Below, piece by piece: positions 20,614-31,215 of a stretch of DNA of 64,000 nucleotides. Each line of letters opens with the position of its first letter. The first letter of the stretch is position 1. Below the pieces are notes generated by a model, which was not told the DNA's origin, made no database searches, and saw only the letters and a program-made list of their open reading frames with translations. The DNA is taken from positions 37,243 through 101,242 of the forward strand of contig CAKPQL010000001.1 of assembly GCA_934178555.1 (NCBI GenBank), written 5' to 3'. The position numbers were made by a program, and so were the translations under genes. The stretch is from an uncultured Clostridia bacterium (GTDB lineage: Bacteria; Bacillota; Clostridia; TANB77; CAG-508).

Positions 20614-22494
20614 ATGTTAGAGAAAATTAATAGTCCAGAGAATCTAAAAAAGCTAAATATAAGCGAAAAGAAAGAACTGGCTAAAGATATAAGAAATATG
20701 CTTATAAATACAGTATCAAATACAGGTGGACACTTAGCATCAAATTTGGGAGTAGTAGAATTAACAATAGCATTGCATTCTATTTTTAATACTCCAGAAG
20801 ATAAAATAGTTTGGGATGTAGGACATCAGACTTATGTCCATAAGATATTAACAGGAAGAAAAGAGAAAATGAATACACTAAGAAAAATGGGCGGAATTGC
20901 AGGATTTCCTAAAACAGTAGAATCAGAGTATGATGCTTTTGATACAGGACATAGCAGTACTTCTGTTTCTGTTGCGCTTGGTATGGCAAGAGCAAGAGAC
21001 ATTCAGAAAAAAAATAACAAAGTAATAGCGGTAATAGGAGATGGAGCTTTAACTGGAGGAATGGCACTAGAAGCCCTAAACGATGCGGGAAGTAGCAAAA
21101 GCAACATAATGATTATATTAAATGATAATGAAATGAGTATATCTAAAAATGTAGGGGGAATGGCACAATTATTAGGAAAACTTAGAACAAGGAGAGTATA
21201 TAAGAAAACTAATATAGGGGCTAAAAAAATATTAGCGAGAATACCTTTAATAGGTAATACGTTAGTAAGTGTAATTAGAAATGTTAAGAGAGGATTAAAG
21301 CAATTACTAATACAAAATATGTATTTTGAAGATATAGGCTTTACATATTTTGGCCCAGTAGATGGAAATGATATAGAAAAGTTAGAGAGTATACTACAGC
21401 TAGCAAAGCAACAAGATGGACCAGTACTTGTGCATATTATTACTAAAAAAGGAAAGGGATATGAATTAGCAGAAAAAAATCCTGATATGTTTCATAGTAT
21501 ATCAAGTTTTGATATACAAACAGGTATACCAATAAAGAAAAAAGGAATAGATTATTCTAAAGTTTTTGGAGATAAATTAGTAAATTTAGCTGATAAAGAT
21601 GAAAGAATTGTTGCTGTGACTGCTGCAATGTGTGATGGAACAGGATTAACAGAATTTGCAAAGAAATATCCTGAAAGATTTTTTGATGTAGGTATAGCAG
21701 AACAACATGCTGTTGGAATGGTAGCAGGAATGGCAAAAGAAGGTCTAAAGCCAGTAATTCCTTTATATTCTTCTTTTTTACAAAGAGCTTATGATCAAGT
21801 TATACATGACGTGTGTATACAAAACTTACCAGTTACAATATGTGTAGATAGAGCTGGTATTGTTGGAAATGATGGAGAAACACATCAAGGATTATTTGAT
21901 TTATGTTTCTTAGATTCTATACCCAACATAAATATATTAGCACCAAAAGATTTTAAAGAGTTAGAAACTATGTTAGAGTTTTGTGTAAATTCTGATAAAC
22001 CAATGGCTATAAGATACCCAAGAGGTAGTGAAGATGATTATAACTTTGGTAAGCATGAAACGATTGAACTTGGAAAAGCGGAAGTTTTAAGAGAAGGAAA
22101 AGATATTACAATAATTGCTTTTGGAAAAACAGTTGCTAAAGCAATGAAAATAGCAGATTTGTTTGATGAAAAAGGTGTATCTATAGAAGTTATTAATTTG
22201 AGATTTTTAAAACCATTGGATAAAAGAACTATAATAAAATCTGTACTTAAAACTCAAAATGTAATAACTATAGAAGACGGATATGTAACAAGTGGAATGG
22301 GAAGTACAATATTAAACTTGTTAAATGACCAACAGGTCAAAAATATAAAAATAAAAAATTTAGGTTATCCTGATAAATTTATAAAGCATGGAAATGTCGA
22401 AGAAATAGAGAAAAAATATAAATTAGATCTAGATGGAATAGAAGAAATTATTGATGAAGAATTTATAAAAAATAAAAATGTGTTGCATGAGTAA
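20614..22494 (+). CDS. dxs: 1-deoxy-D-xylulose-5-phosphate synthase
   Basis: GGHLASNLG, the ThDP motif GDGALTGGMALEALN and IAEQHAV. Confidence 0.95.
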   Translation: MLEKINSPENLKKLNISEKKELAKDIRNMLINTVSNTGGHLASNLGVVELTIALHSIFNTPEDKIVWDVGHQTYVHKILTGRKEKMNTLRKMGGIAGFPKTVESEYDAFDTGHSSTSVSVALGMARARDIQKKNNKVIAVIGDGALTGGMALEALNDAGSSKSNIMIILNDNEMSISKNVGGMAQLLGKLRTRRVYKKTNIGAKKILARIPLIGNTLVSVIRNVKRGLKQLLIQNMYFEDIGFTYFGPVDGNDIEKLESILQLAKQQDGPVLVHIITKKGKGYELAEKNPDMFHSISSFDIQTGIPIKKKGIDYSKVFGDKLVNLADKDERIVAVTAAMCDGTGLTEFAKKYPERFFDVGIAEQHAVGMVAGMAKEGLKPVIPLYSSFLQRAYDQVIHDVCIQNLPVTICVDRAGIVGNDGETHQGLFDLCFLDSIPNINILAPKDFKELETMLEFCVNSDKPMAIRYPRGSEDDYNFGKHETIELGKAEVLREGKDITIIAFGKTVAKAMKIADLFDEKGVSIEVINLRFLKPLDKRTIIKSVLKTQNVITIEDGYVTSGMGSTILNLLNDQQVKNIKIKNLGYPDKFIKHGNVEEIEKKYKLDLDGIEEIIDEEFIKNKNVLHE

Positions 22495-22539
22495 TAACAA
22501 ATATTATATAATGTTATAAAAGTTTTAAAGAGGTGTCTA

Positions 22540-23106
22540 ATGAATAAAACAAAAAGAAAAATATTTGAAGCATCTATGAAATTATTCGCTGAAAAAGGAT
22601 ACGATGCTACCAGCATAGAAGAAATAACTTCAACTGTTGGAGTTGCAAAAGGTACTTTATATTATCATTTTTCTAGTAAAGAAGAGATATTTAATTTCTT
22701 AGTAGAAGAAGGAGTAAAATTATTAAAAAACAGCATAGAAATAAAAACCCAAAAACTAGAAAAAACAATGGATAAATTAAAAGCAATAGTATTAATAGAA
22801 ATAAAGATAATGGTAAAGTATGAAGATTTTATGACAATACTATTAAGTCAAATATGGGGAAATGAGCCTAGAAATATTGCATGTAAAAAATATGTATTGG
22901 AATATATAAAAATAGTAGAAAAAATAGTTGATGAGGGAATAAAAAAAGGTGAAGTAATACAAGGTGATGCTGAATTAATTGCTACAGAAATATTTGGCAC
23001 TACATGTTCTAGCTTAGTGTATAAATTAAAAACAGGAAGAAGCATAGACACAAAACAAATATATTTAGAGTATGAAAAAACACTTTTAAGAGGATTACAA
23101 AAATAG
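22540..23106 (+). CDS. TetR/AcrR family transcriptional regulator
   Basis: N-terminal HTH: FAEKGYDATSIEEITSTVGVAKGTLYYHF. Confidence 0.85.
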   Translation: MNKTKRKIFEASMKLFAEKGYDATSIEEITSTVGVAKGTLYYHFSSKEEIFNFLVEEGVKLLKNSIEIKTQKLEKTMDKLKAIVLIEIKIMVKYEDFMTILLSQIWGNEPRNIACKKYVLEYIKIVEKIVDEGIKKGEVIQGDAELIATEIFGTTCSSLVYKLKTGRSIDTKQIYLEYEKTLLRGLQK

Positions 23107-23121
23107 AGGGGATGGATTTTA

Positions 23122-24846
23122 GTGGAAAAGAGATTACACAAATATGTAGAAATAACTGATATAAAAGATATGCTAAAAAAATCTGGAGAATTATACGGAG
23201 AAAGACCTGCGTTTAAATTCAAAACAGATAAAGAGAATGAATTTAGAATAATTACGCATAAAGAGTTTAGAAATCAAGTGGATTCTCTAGGTACAAAATT
23301 AATAGAAATGGGATTCAAGGATAAAAGAATTGCAGTTATATCTGAAAATAGATATGAATGGGCATTAGCATATTTGGCAATCGTATGTGGTACTGGAATG
23401 GTTGTTCCACTAGATAAATCTTTACCAGAAAATGAAATTGAAAGTTTAATACAGCGTTCTGAAGTAGAGGCAATATTTTATTCAAACAAATATGATGACA
23501 TAATGAAAAAAATACAAGAAAATAAAAAAACAAAGCTTAAATATTTAATATCAATGGATTTAGAAAAAAATGAAAATGATGTATATTCAGAAAAACAATT
23601 ACTAATTGAAGGAAAAAAACTATTAGAAGAAGGAAATACAAAATTTATTGATGCAAAAATTGATAATAAAAAGATGGGGATAATGCTGTTTACTTCTGGA
23701 ACAACTGCTATGTCTAAGGCTGTTGCATTATCACATAAAAATATATGTACAAATTTAATGGATATAGCATCAGTAATAGAAATACATGAAAGAGACACAA
23801 TGCTTTCGTTCTTACCTTTACATCATACATTTGAATGTACAGTTGGATTTTTATATCCAGTCTATAAAGGTGCATGTATTGCATACTGTGATGGAATAAG
23901 GCATATTGCTGAAAATATAAAGGAATATCAAGTTACAGCTATGATTTCGGTTCCTATTTTATTTGAAAATATGTATAAAAAAGTAATGAAAGGAATTGCT
24001 AAAAAAGGAAAACTTGAAAAAGTAAAAAAAGGAATAAAAATAAGTAATGTATTATTAAGACTTGGGATAGATATAAGGAAAAAATTATTTAAAGAAATAC
24101 ATGATATACTTGGAGGAAAAGTAAGACTATTTGTTAATGGGGCTGCTGCATTAGACAAAGAAGTGGAAAAAGGATTTAATGAATTAGGATTTAAAATAGT
24201 ACAAGGATATGGACTAACAGAAACTTCTCCTGTTCTTGCTGCAGGAAATGATAAATATACAAAATTGGGTTCTGTAGGAAAGGTATTTCCAAGTGTTGAA
24301 ATAAAAATAGACAATCCAAACGAACATGGAATTGGAGAAATAGTTGCTAAAGGACCTAATGTAATGCTAGGATATTACCAAAATGAAGAAGCAACAAATG
24401 CAGTTTTAAAAGATGGATGGTTTTATACAGGTGATTTAGGATATTTAGATAAACAAAATTATTTATTTATTACAGGAAGAAAAAAAGATGTAATAGTACT
24501 AAAAAATGGTAAAAACATATATCCAGAGGAATTGGAGACAAATATTAATAGAATAGAAGGCGTAAAAGAATCTTTGGTTTTTGGAAAACCAGAAAATGAT
24601 GATAAAGATGATTTAAAAATATGTGCCAAAATTGTTTATGATGCTAATGCAATGAAAGAAGAATATGGAATAGAAGGCGAAGAAGAGATTTCAAAAAAAT
24701 TATGGGAAAAAGTAAAAGAAATAAATAAAGAAATGCCAACCTATAAGTACATACGAGAAATTATATTTACGCAAGATGACTTAATAAAGACGACAACTCA
24801 AAAAGTAAAAAGACATGAGGAGTTGAAAAAAATATTGCAAAAATAA
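23122..24846 (+). CDS. AMP-dependent synthetase/ligase (long-chain acyl-CoA synthetase-like)
   Basis: AMP-binding motifs LFTSGTTAMSKAV, QGYGLTE and YTGDLGY. Confidence 0.85.
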   Translation: MEKRLHKYVEITDIKDMLKKSGELYGERPAFKFKTDKENEFRIITHKEFRNQVDSLGTKLIEMGFKDKRIAVISENRYEWALAYLAIVCGTGMVVPLDKSLPENEIESLIQRSEVEAIFYSNKYDDIMKKIQENKKTKLKYLISMDLEKNENDVYSEKQLLIEGKKLLEEGNTKFIDAKIDNKKMGIMLFTSGTTAMSKAVALSHKNICTNLMDIASVIEIHERDTMLSFLPLHHTFECTVGFLYPVYKGACIAYCDGIRHIAENIKEYQVTAMISVPILFENMYKKVMKGIAKKGKLEKVKKGIKISNVLLRLGIDIRKKLFKEIHDILGGKVRLFVNGAAALDKEVEKGFNELGFKIVQGYGLTETSPVLAAGNDKYTKLGSVGKVFPSVEIKIDNPNEHGIGEIVAKGPNVMLGYYQNEEATNAVLKDGWFYTGDLGYLDKQNYLFITGRKKDVIVLKNGKNIYPEELETNINRIEGVKESLVFGKPENDDKDDLKICAKIVYDANAMKEEYGIEGEEEISKKLWEKVKEINKEMPTYKYIREIIFTQDDLIKTTTQKVKRHEELKKILQK

Positions 24847-25002
24847 TGTAAAAAAAACTTGACTTTTGTAATAATTTTGTAATATTATTGTAACGAAAAA
24901 GAAAAGTAAATTTTTAAAAACCCTATTGTAGTATTTTAAAAATAATTGTATAATTAAAACTAAAGAATACTAAAAAACATAGGACGAAGGAGGGGAGTTT
25001 AC

Positions 25003-25833
25003 GTGTCATTTTTTTCAAAATCAGGCATAGTAAACGTGAAGATGGTAATCACAGAAGAAAAGATTTTATCAAATATTGACAAAGTTCAAAAAATGATAAA
25101 TCCAAATAGTAAAAAACAAATTATTCAATTAGAAGATGATGCTTTTTTTAAGGATTTAATAGGCTCAATAAAAACATATTTAGTTGAATATCCTAAAAAG
25201 AAAAATTTTCCATCATCTGTATATAAAGCTGCATATGAACTTGTTGAATATGCAACAAATCAATTTGAAGATAATACAAAACAAATTGAAGAATTGATTA
25301 GACAAAGAGAAAAGAATATATGTTTAGCTGCTAAATTAAAAACTGTGTTAGAATCTGCACAAAATAAAGATAAAGAATGGAAAGAAAATGTAAAAGAAAT
25401 TTCAGGAGAATTATCTGAAGATATAGTTGATGCATTAAATACAATAGGAAGAAGTAAAACAGATAAAACAGAAAATTATACAAATTCAGTAAAACTAGTT
25501 AATGCAAGAGTAGCTAATTTAGAAAGCAATTTACATATTGAAATAGATATGGAAAGAATAGAGGATAGATCAAAAGCATTAAGTTATATAGGAATCGAAG
25601 TAGCAGAAGCATTAAAAGAAATTCCTGCTCCTGTAGAAAATGCAATAGAAGAAACACCAGTAGTATCTGTTGTAGAAGATGATTATTTAGCTGATACAAG
25701 AATAGATGTAAAACCATCATTATGGCAAAGATTTAAAAATACAAAATTTGTTAGAATAATTAGAAATATTACAAAGATAAGAATTAGAATAGATATTCCA
25801 GCACTTCCAGAAGGTAGAGGAGAGAATAATTAA
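25003..25833 (+). CDS. hypothetical protein
   Basis: GTG start behind GAAGGAGGGG; 276 aa with coiled-coil character; no family recognised. Confidence 0.5.
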   Translation: MSFFSKSGIVNVKMVITEEKILSNIDKVQKMINPNSKKQIIQLEDDAFFKDLIGSIKTYLVEYPKKKNFPSSVYKAAYELVEYATNQFEDNTKQIEELIRQREKNICLAAKLKTVLESAQNKDKEWKENVKEISGELSEDIVDALNTIGRSKTDKTENYTNSVKLVNARVANLESNLHIEIDMERIEDRSKALSYIGIEVAEALKEIPAPVENAIEETPVVSVVEDDYLADTRIDVKPSLWQRFKNTKFVRIIRNITKIRIRIDIPALPEGRGENN

Positions 25834-25834
25834 A

Positions 25835-25866
25835 AAAAGAAGGGCTTTACCCCTTCTTTTTTTGTA
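25835..25866 (+). terminator. rho-independent terminator
   Basis: AAGAAGGG...CCCTTCTT stem followed by TTTTT. Confidence 0.7.
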
Positions 25867-25881
25867 AAAGGAGAAATAGTT

Positions 25882-26673
25882 ATGAGTAAATATGATGAAA
25901 TTTATTTGGATATGGTAGAAAACATATTAAACAACGGATATTATGATCAAAATAGAACAGGTATAGCAACATATAAACTTCCACATCAAATATTACAATT
26001 TAACTTAGAAGAGGAATTTCCTATATTAACAACTAAATATGTTGCATTTGGTGTAGCCGTAAAAGAATTATTATGGATATTTCAAAAACAATCAAATAAA
26101 ATAAGTGATTTACATGAACAAAATGTGCATATATGGGACGAATGGGAAATGGAGGACGGAACAATAGGAACTTCTTACGGCTGGATAGTAAAAGAATTTA
26201 ATCAAGTAGATAAATTAATTCATCAATTAAAAACTAATCCACAAGATAGAAGAATGGTAATTAATTTGTGGCAAATACCATATTTAGATACAGGTGCATT
26301 ATATCCTTGTGTATTTAATAGCTGTTGGGATGTTACGGATGGAAAATTAAATTGCCTTTTGACAATTAGATCAAATGATATACCTTTGGGACATCCATTT
26401 AACGTAGTACAATATTCTGTATTTGTACATTTATTAGCTCAAGTTACTGGATTAAAGCCAGGAATGCTTACAGTATGTATAAGCAATGCACATATATATG
26501 AAAATCAAGTAGAAGGAATGAAATTACAATTATCTAGAAGAGAACAAGCATTGCCAGCACCAAAACTTTGGATAAATCCTGAAATAAAAGATTTCTATGA
26601 TTTTACACCTGATGATATAAAATTAATAGATTATAATCATTTAGGAAAAATACAGATGGATGTAGCGGTTTAA
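25882..26673 (+). CDS. thyA: thymidylate synthase
   Basis: [22 protein letters not shown] (catalytic Cys) and [13 protein letters not shown] motifs. Confidence 0.95.
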   Translation: MSKYDEIYLDMVENILNNGYYDQNRTGIATYKLPHQILQFNLEEEFPILTTKYVAFGVAVKELLWIFQKQSNKISDLHEQNVHIWDEWEMEDGTIGTSYGWIVKEFNQVDKLIHQLKTNPQDRRMVINLWQIPYLDTGALYPCVFNSCWDVTDGKLNCLLTIRSNDIPLGHPFNVVQYSVFVHLLAQVTGLKPGMLTVCISNAHIYENQVEGMKLQLSRREQALPAPKLWINPEIKDFYDFTPDDIKLIDYNHLGKIQMDVAV

Positions 26674-26689
26674 AAAAGAGGTGAAGTAA

Positions 26690-27178
26690 ATGTTAAGTAT
26701 GATAGTTGCATGTGCAAACGGAAATGTAATAGGAAAAGATAATAAATTATTATGGCATTTGCCAGAGGATTTGAAAAGATTTAAAGAATTAACAACAGGA
26801 AAGACAATAATAATGGGGAGAAAAACATTTGATTCGTTAGGAAGAGTATTACCTAACAGAAAGCACATAGTACTAACTCGAGATATAAATTGGAAATATG
26901 ATGACGAAAATGTAGAAGTAATAAACGATGTATCTCAATTAGATAAATATATAAACTCAGAAGAAGAAAATTTTGTTATAGGTGGTGCAATGATATATAG
27001 CCTATTATTAAAAAATACAAATAAAATATATTTAACTAGAATACATAAAGATTTTGTAGGAGATGCATTTTTCCCAAAAGTAAAAGAAGAAGAATGGGAT
27101 ATAATAGATAGTCAAAAAGGAATAAAAAACGAAGAAAATCCTTATGATTACGAGTATATAACATATTTAAGAAAATAA
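26690..27178 (+). CDS. folA: dihydrofolate reductase
   Basis: GKDNKLLWHLPEDLKRFKELTTGKTIIMGRKTF and VIGGAMIY motifs. Confidence 0.9.
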   Translation: MLSMIVACANGNVIGKDNKLLWHLPEDLKRFKELTTGKTIIMGRKTFDSLGRVLPNRKHIVLTRDINWKYDDENVEVINDVSQLDKYINSEEENFVIGGAMIYSLLLKNTNKIYLTRIHKDFVGDAFFPKVKEEEWDIIDSQKGIKNEENPYDYEYITYLRK

Positions 27179-27256
27179 AAAATGTTGTAAGCTAAGGGTG
27201 TGATTAAGCACCCTTACAATAATTTAAAAAAAATTTCAAAAATTTTAAAAAAGATA

Positions 27257-27285
27257 TTGACAAGCATAAAAAAATATATTATACT
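27257..27285 (+). promoter_or_regulatory. sigma-A type promoter for the tRNA pair
   Basis: TTGACA, 17 nt spacer, TATACT, ending about 20 nt before the first tRNA. Confidence 0.55.
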
Positions 27286-27305
27286 AGGTCATGCAGTTGA
27301 GAGAT

Positions 27306-27382
27306 GCGCCCTTAGCTCAGTTGGTCAGAGCAACCGGCTCATAACCGGTGGGTCCAAGGTTCGAATCCTTGAGGGCGCACCA
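27306..27382 (+). tRNA. tRNA with CAU anticodon (elongator Met, or lysidine-modified Ile2), CCA encoded
   Basis: Acceptor GCGCCCT/AGGGCGC, and anticodon stem ACCGG/CCGGT with loop CTCATAA. The G1-C72 pair excludes an initiator tRNA. Confidence 0.85.
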
Positions 27383-27408
27383 TTTTTTTTTGAAAATTTA
27401 ATATATAT

Positions 27409-27494
27409 GGGTAGGTGGCCGAGTGGCTAAAGGCGGCAGACTGTAAATCTGTTCTCATTTGAGTACGATGGTTCGAATCCATCCCTGCCCACCA
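27409..27494 (+). tRNA. tRNA-Tyr (anticodon GUA), long variable arm, CCA encoded
   Basis: Acceptor GGGTAGG/CCTGCCC, anticodon loop CTGTAAA, and T arm GATGGTTCGAATCCATC. Confidence 0.85.
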
Positions 27495-27495
27495 A

Positions 27496-27527
27496 GGAGT
27501 AGAATGTTATCTTCTACTTCTTTTTTT
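27496..27527 (+). terminator. rho-independent terminator after tRNA-Tyr
   Basis: 9-bp stem GGAGTAGAA/TTCTACTTC followed by TTTTTTT. Confidence 0.7.
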
Positions 27528-27567
27528 ATTGCATAGGAAAAACTAAATGATATAAAGGAGTAGTATA

Positions 27568-28209
27568 ATGAAAAAAACATTAATTGTGTCTGGTGGGGAA
27601 ATAGATTTAGAATTTTTAATGAATACATTAAATGAAGGGGTTAACAATATTATTGCTGTAGACAAAGGCTTAGAAGCGCTAAATAAAATAAATTTATCTC
27701 CAAATTACATAATAGGAGATTTTGATTCTGTAAGAAAAGAAATTTTAGAAAAATATAACAGAGATGATATAAAAATTATAAAATTAAATCCTGAGAAAGA
27801 CTATTCTGATACACATATGGCATTGAAGTTAGCAATTGAACTGAAAAGTAATGAAGTATATATAGTAGGAGCATTAGGCAATAGAATAGATCATGCTATA
27901 GCTAATATTCATGTAATGAAAGAAGCGTTAGATATCGGTATAAAATGTAAGATAATTGATAAAAATAATAATATAGAACTGATAACTACAGGAGAAAATC
28001 AGGTTCAAAAGACAGAATATAAATATGTATCATTAATTCCTTTAACAACACAAGTTACAGGAATAACATTAAAGGGATTTAAGTATCCATTAGTTAATGC
28101 GCAATTAAGTATAGGACATAGTATAGGAGTAAGTAATGAAATAATTAAGCAAAAAGCTACAATAGTAATAAAAGAAGGTATATTAATTCAAATAAGTTCT
28201 AAAGATTGA
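27568..28209 (+). CDS. thiN: thiamine pyrophosphokinase
   Basis: IIGDFDS and DYSDTHMAL motifs; 213 aa. Confidence 0.8.
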   Translation: MKKTLIVSGGEIDLEFLMNTLNEGVNNIIAVDKGLEALNKINLSPNYIIGDFDSVRKEILEKYNRDDIKIIKLNPEKDYSDTHMALKLAIELKSNEVYIVGALGNRIDHAIANIHVMKEALDIGIKCKIIDKNNNIELITTGENQVQKTEYKYVSLIPLTTQVTGITLKGFKYPLVNAQLSIGHSIGVSNEIIKQKATIVIKEGILIQISSKD

Positions 28210-28256
28210 AAGACCCCAGCTTAATGCTAGGGCTTTTCAATTAAAGATGTCGTTTT

Positions 28257-28688
28257 TTAATACTGAATGCCAAGAATTAAACATTCTGATCCTTCGTAGT
28301 TGTAATTTTTAACAAAAAAAGAATTTTCAGGTGCAAAATGTTTAATATACTTGTAAATTAAATCAATATCTTTTGTTGAATTAAATTGAAAGATCTGCAA
28401 GTCTTTTCCAAAATACTGAGTATCTGCATCGTGCAGCAGGTAAACTTTGCCGAAGGTGCTTATATGAATTGTAAATTCAAATGTGTTGATGAACTTTTTC
28501 TGAGATTCAGAAATTAAATATTCATTAATCTTTTCCTCAAGAGCGGGCGAAATGATGGAGTTGATGAATGCATAGGTTTCTGCTACAAGAGAAATGTTGT
28601 CAAAGCTTTTCTTCGACTCATCCTGGGGTACATGATGGACAAGTTTCAAAGTGTCAAAAACATTTGAGTATTTTTCTTTTAACGACAT
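28257..28688 (-). CDS. hypothetical protein (143 aa)
   Basis: GGAGG lies 7 nt before ATG 28688. The longer track ORF (to 28943) has an implausible N-terminal extension. No family recognised, and the composition is locally G+C-richer. Confidence 0.5.
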   Translation of the reverse strand: MSLKEKYSNVFDTLKLVHHVPQDESKKSFDNISLVAETYAFINSIISPALEEKINEYLISESQKKFINTFEFTIHISTFGKVYLLHDADTQYFGKDLQIFQFNSTKDIDLIYKYIKHFAPENSFFVKNYNYEGSECLILGIQY

Positions 28689-28823
28689 AATGTTACCTCC
28701 TTTAAGGTAAATAAAATGATATTTACTTTTCGGAGACTGCCCTCCGAAAAAGTTGTGTTCGGAAGGCAAAATAACCTTCATAAATATGAGTATACCATAG
28801 ATTACATAATATGTAAATAGGAC

Positions 28824-28852
28824 TTGACAACTTATGACTTTAATAATATTAT
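28824..28852 (+). promoter_or_regulatory. candidate sigma-A promoter for mgtE
   Basis: TTGACA, 17 nt spacer, TATTAT. Confidence 0.4.
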
Positions 28853-28922
28853 ATATAAATATAAAAATAAGGACACGGAGATACCGTGCCTTTAAGATTA
28901 TAATACAAAAGGGGTGCTGAAA

Positions 28923-30270
28923 ATGGAAAATAATGATGTTCAAGAAAAAATTGTTGATTTATTAAAAAATAAAAGATTTGGTGATTTAAGAAAGATGTTA
29001 GAAGATATAAATAGTACTGACTTGTCGTCATTATTAAATGAACTTTCAGTAGAAAATATGATAATAGCATTTAGATTATTAAGAAAAGATCAAGCAGCAG
29101 AAGCATTTTCATATATGGAACCAGAATTACAAGAAAAATTGATATTAGTTTTAACAGATAAAGAATTAAAAGAAGTAGTGGATGAGTTATTTTTGGATGA
29201 TACTGTAGATTTGATAGAAGAAATGCCTTCAAATGTAGTTAAACGTATATTAAGAAGTATTAGTCCAGAAGAAAGAAAAATTGTAAATGAATTTTTAAAT
29301 TATCCGTCTGATAGTGCGCGGAAGTATAATGACAAACGAATTTATCGACTTAAAAGAAAATATGACAGTTGATGCTGCTTTTGACAAAATAAGAAAGATA
29401 GGAATAGATAAAGAAACTATTTATACATGTTATGTTTTAGATATGAGTAGGAAACTAATTGGAGTTGTTACAGCAAAAGATTTATTATTAGCAGACAGAA
29501 ATAAATTGATAAAAGATATAATGGATACCAATATAATATCTGTAAATACATTAGAAGATAAAGAGTTGGTTGCTAAAACTTTTGATAAGTATGATATTTT
29601 GGTTTTGCCAGTAGTAGATATGGAAAATAGGTTAGTTGGAATTATAACTATAGATGATGCTATAGATGTAATCCAGGATGAAAATACAGAGGATTTTGAA
29701 AAGATGGCAGCTATTACTCCAACAGATGATAGTTATTTCAAAACGTCAGTATTAGCACATGCTAAGCATAGAATAATATGGTTGTTAATACTTATGGTTT
29801 CAGCAATGATAACAGGAGGAATAATTACAAACTATGAAAATGCTTTTGCTGCAGTACCAATTTTAGTTTCATTTATTCCTATGCTAATGGACACAGGAGG
29901 AAATTGTGGTTCACAAACTTCAACTTTAATAATACGTGGTCTTGCTATGGAAGAAATAAAAACAAAGGACTTTTTAAAAGCACTATGGAAGGAAATAAGA
30001 GTTGCATTAATTGTAGGTGTGGTTTTAGCTATAATTAATGCTATTAGAATAATTATACAATATCATAATGTAAATTTGGCATTAACTGTAGGTTTAACTT
30101 TAATTACGACAGTTATACTTTCAAAAGCATTAGGCTGTGCATTACCAATGTTGGCAAAAAAGTTAAAGTTAGATCCAGCAATTATGGCAGCACCATTGAT
30201 TACAACAATAGTAGATACATGTTCTGTATTAATATTTTTTAATGTAGCTATAATGATAATGAATATATAG
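28923..30270 (+). CDS. mgtE: magnesium transporter MgtE, interrupted by one +1 frame break at CGG 29319-29321
   Basis: The MgtE N-domain (28923..29318) and the CBS pair plus TM domain (29320..30270) join as ...YPSDSA-GSIMTNEF... if one base is skipped. Confidence 0.85.
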
Positions 30271-30279
30271 GAGGAACTA

Positions 30280-31155
30280 ATGCTAGATGAATGCACTTTA
30301 TGTGCCCATAGATGTAAGGTAAATAGATTAAATGGAAAAGTTGGAAGATGTAGGGCAAATGACAAAGTAAAAATAGCTCTAGCATCTTTACATATGTACG
30401 AGGAACCATGTATAAGTGGAGAGAATGGTTCTGGAACAGTATTTTTCTCTAATTGCAATCTAAATTGTAAGTTTTGCCAAAATTATGAAATAAGTCAAAT
30501 GGGAAAAGGAAGAGAGATTACAATTGAAGAATTATCCGAGATATTTTTGGAACAGCAAGAAAAAAGGGCAGAAAATATAAACTTGGTTACTCCTACAATG
30601 TATGTGTATCAAATAATAGAAGCGATAAAAATTGCAAAAAATAAAGGATTACATATACCAATAGTATATAACACAAATTCATATGAAACGGTAGAAACAA
30701 TAAAGTTACTGAATGGATATATTGATATATATTTACCAGATTTAAAGTATTTTTATGATGATGTTGCTTATAAATATTCTAAAATTAATAATTATTTTGC
30801 TACTGCAACAAGTGCTATACAGGAAATGTATAATCAAGTTGGAATACCAATATTAGATAAAAATGGTATGATGAAAAAAGGATTAATGATAAGACATTTG
30901 GTATTACCAAATAATATTGATAATTCAAAGCAGGTTTTAAAATGGATAAAGGAAAATATGGACAATGATATATATGTAAGTGTAATGGCTCAGTATTTTC
31001 CTACATATTTAGCTAAAGAAGATAATACAATAAATAGAAAACTTACTAAAAGTGAATATGACGAAATAGAAAATTATTTATATAGCTTAGACTTAGACAA
31101 TGGATATATTCAAGAATTGGGTGAGCATGAAGAAGAATACGTACCCAACTTTTGA
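30280..31155 (+). CDS. radical SAM protein (PflX / PFL-activase-like)
   Basis: CNLNCKFCQN CxxxCxxC cluster motif and an N-terminal Cys-rich segment CTLCAHRCKVNR. Confidence 0.75.
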   Translation: MLDECTLCAHRCKVNRLNGKVGRCRANDKVKIALASLHMYEEPCISGENGSGTVFFSNCNLNCKFCQNYEISQMGKGREITIEELSEIFLEQQEKRAENINLVTPTMYVYQIIEAIKIAKNKGLHIPIVYNTNSYETVETIKLLNGYIDIYLPDLKYFYDDVAYKYSKINNYFATATSAIQEMYNQVGIPILDKNGMMKKGLMIRHLVLPNNIDNSKQVLKWIKENMDNDIYVSVMAQYFPTYLAKEDNTINRKLTKSEYDEIENYLYSLDLDNGYIQELGEHEEEYVPNF

Positions 31156-31215
31156 AAAATTTGCCAAAAGATGTAGAATATGTTATAATAAATTTATATT
31201 ACCTAAGAAAAGGGT

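Noticed and set aside
27200-27430. 76-aa ORF on the + strand
   Set aside because: It runs straight through the promoter and both tRNA genes (CAU and Tyr). It is an artefact of the tRNA sequences being open in that frame.
28700-28922. M-box (Mg2+) riboswitch upstream of mgtE
   Set aside because: The leader is short, and I could not find the conserved M-box core or its multi-helix arrangement. There is only a promoter-like element and one imperfect hairpin.
28689-28943. N-terminal extension of the minus-strand ORF 28257..28943
   Set aside because: The extension is low-complexity, crosses the mgtE promoter and start, and has no RBS. ATG 28688 has a GGAGG 7 nt upstream.
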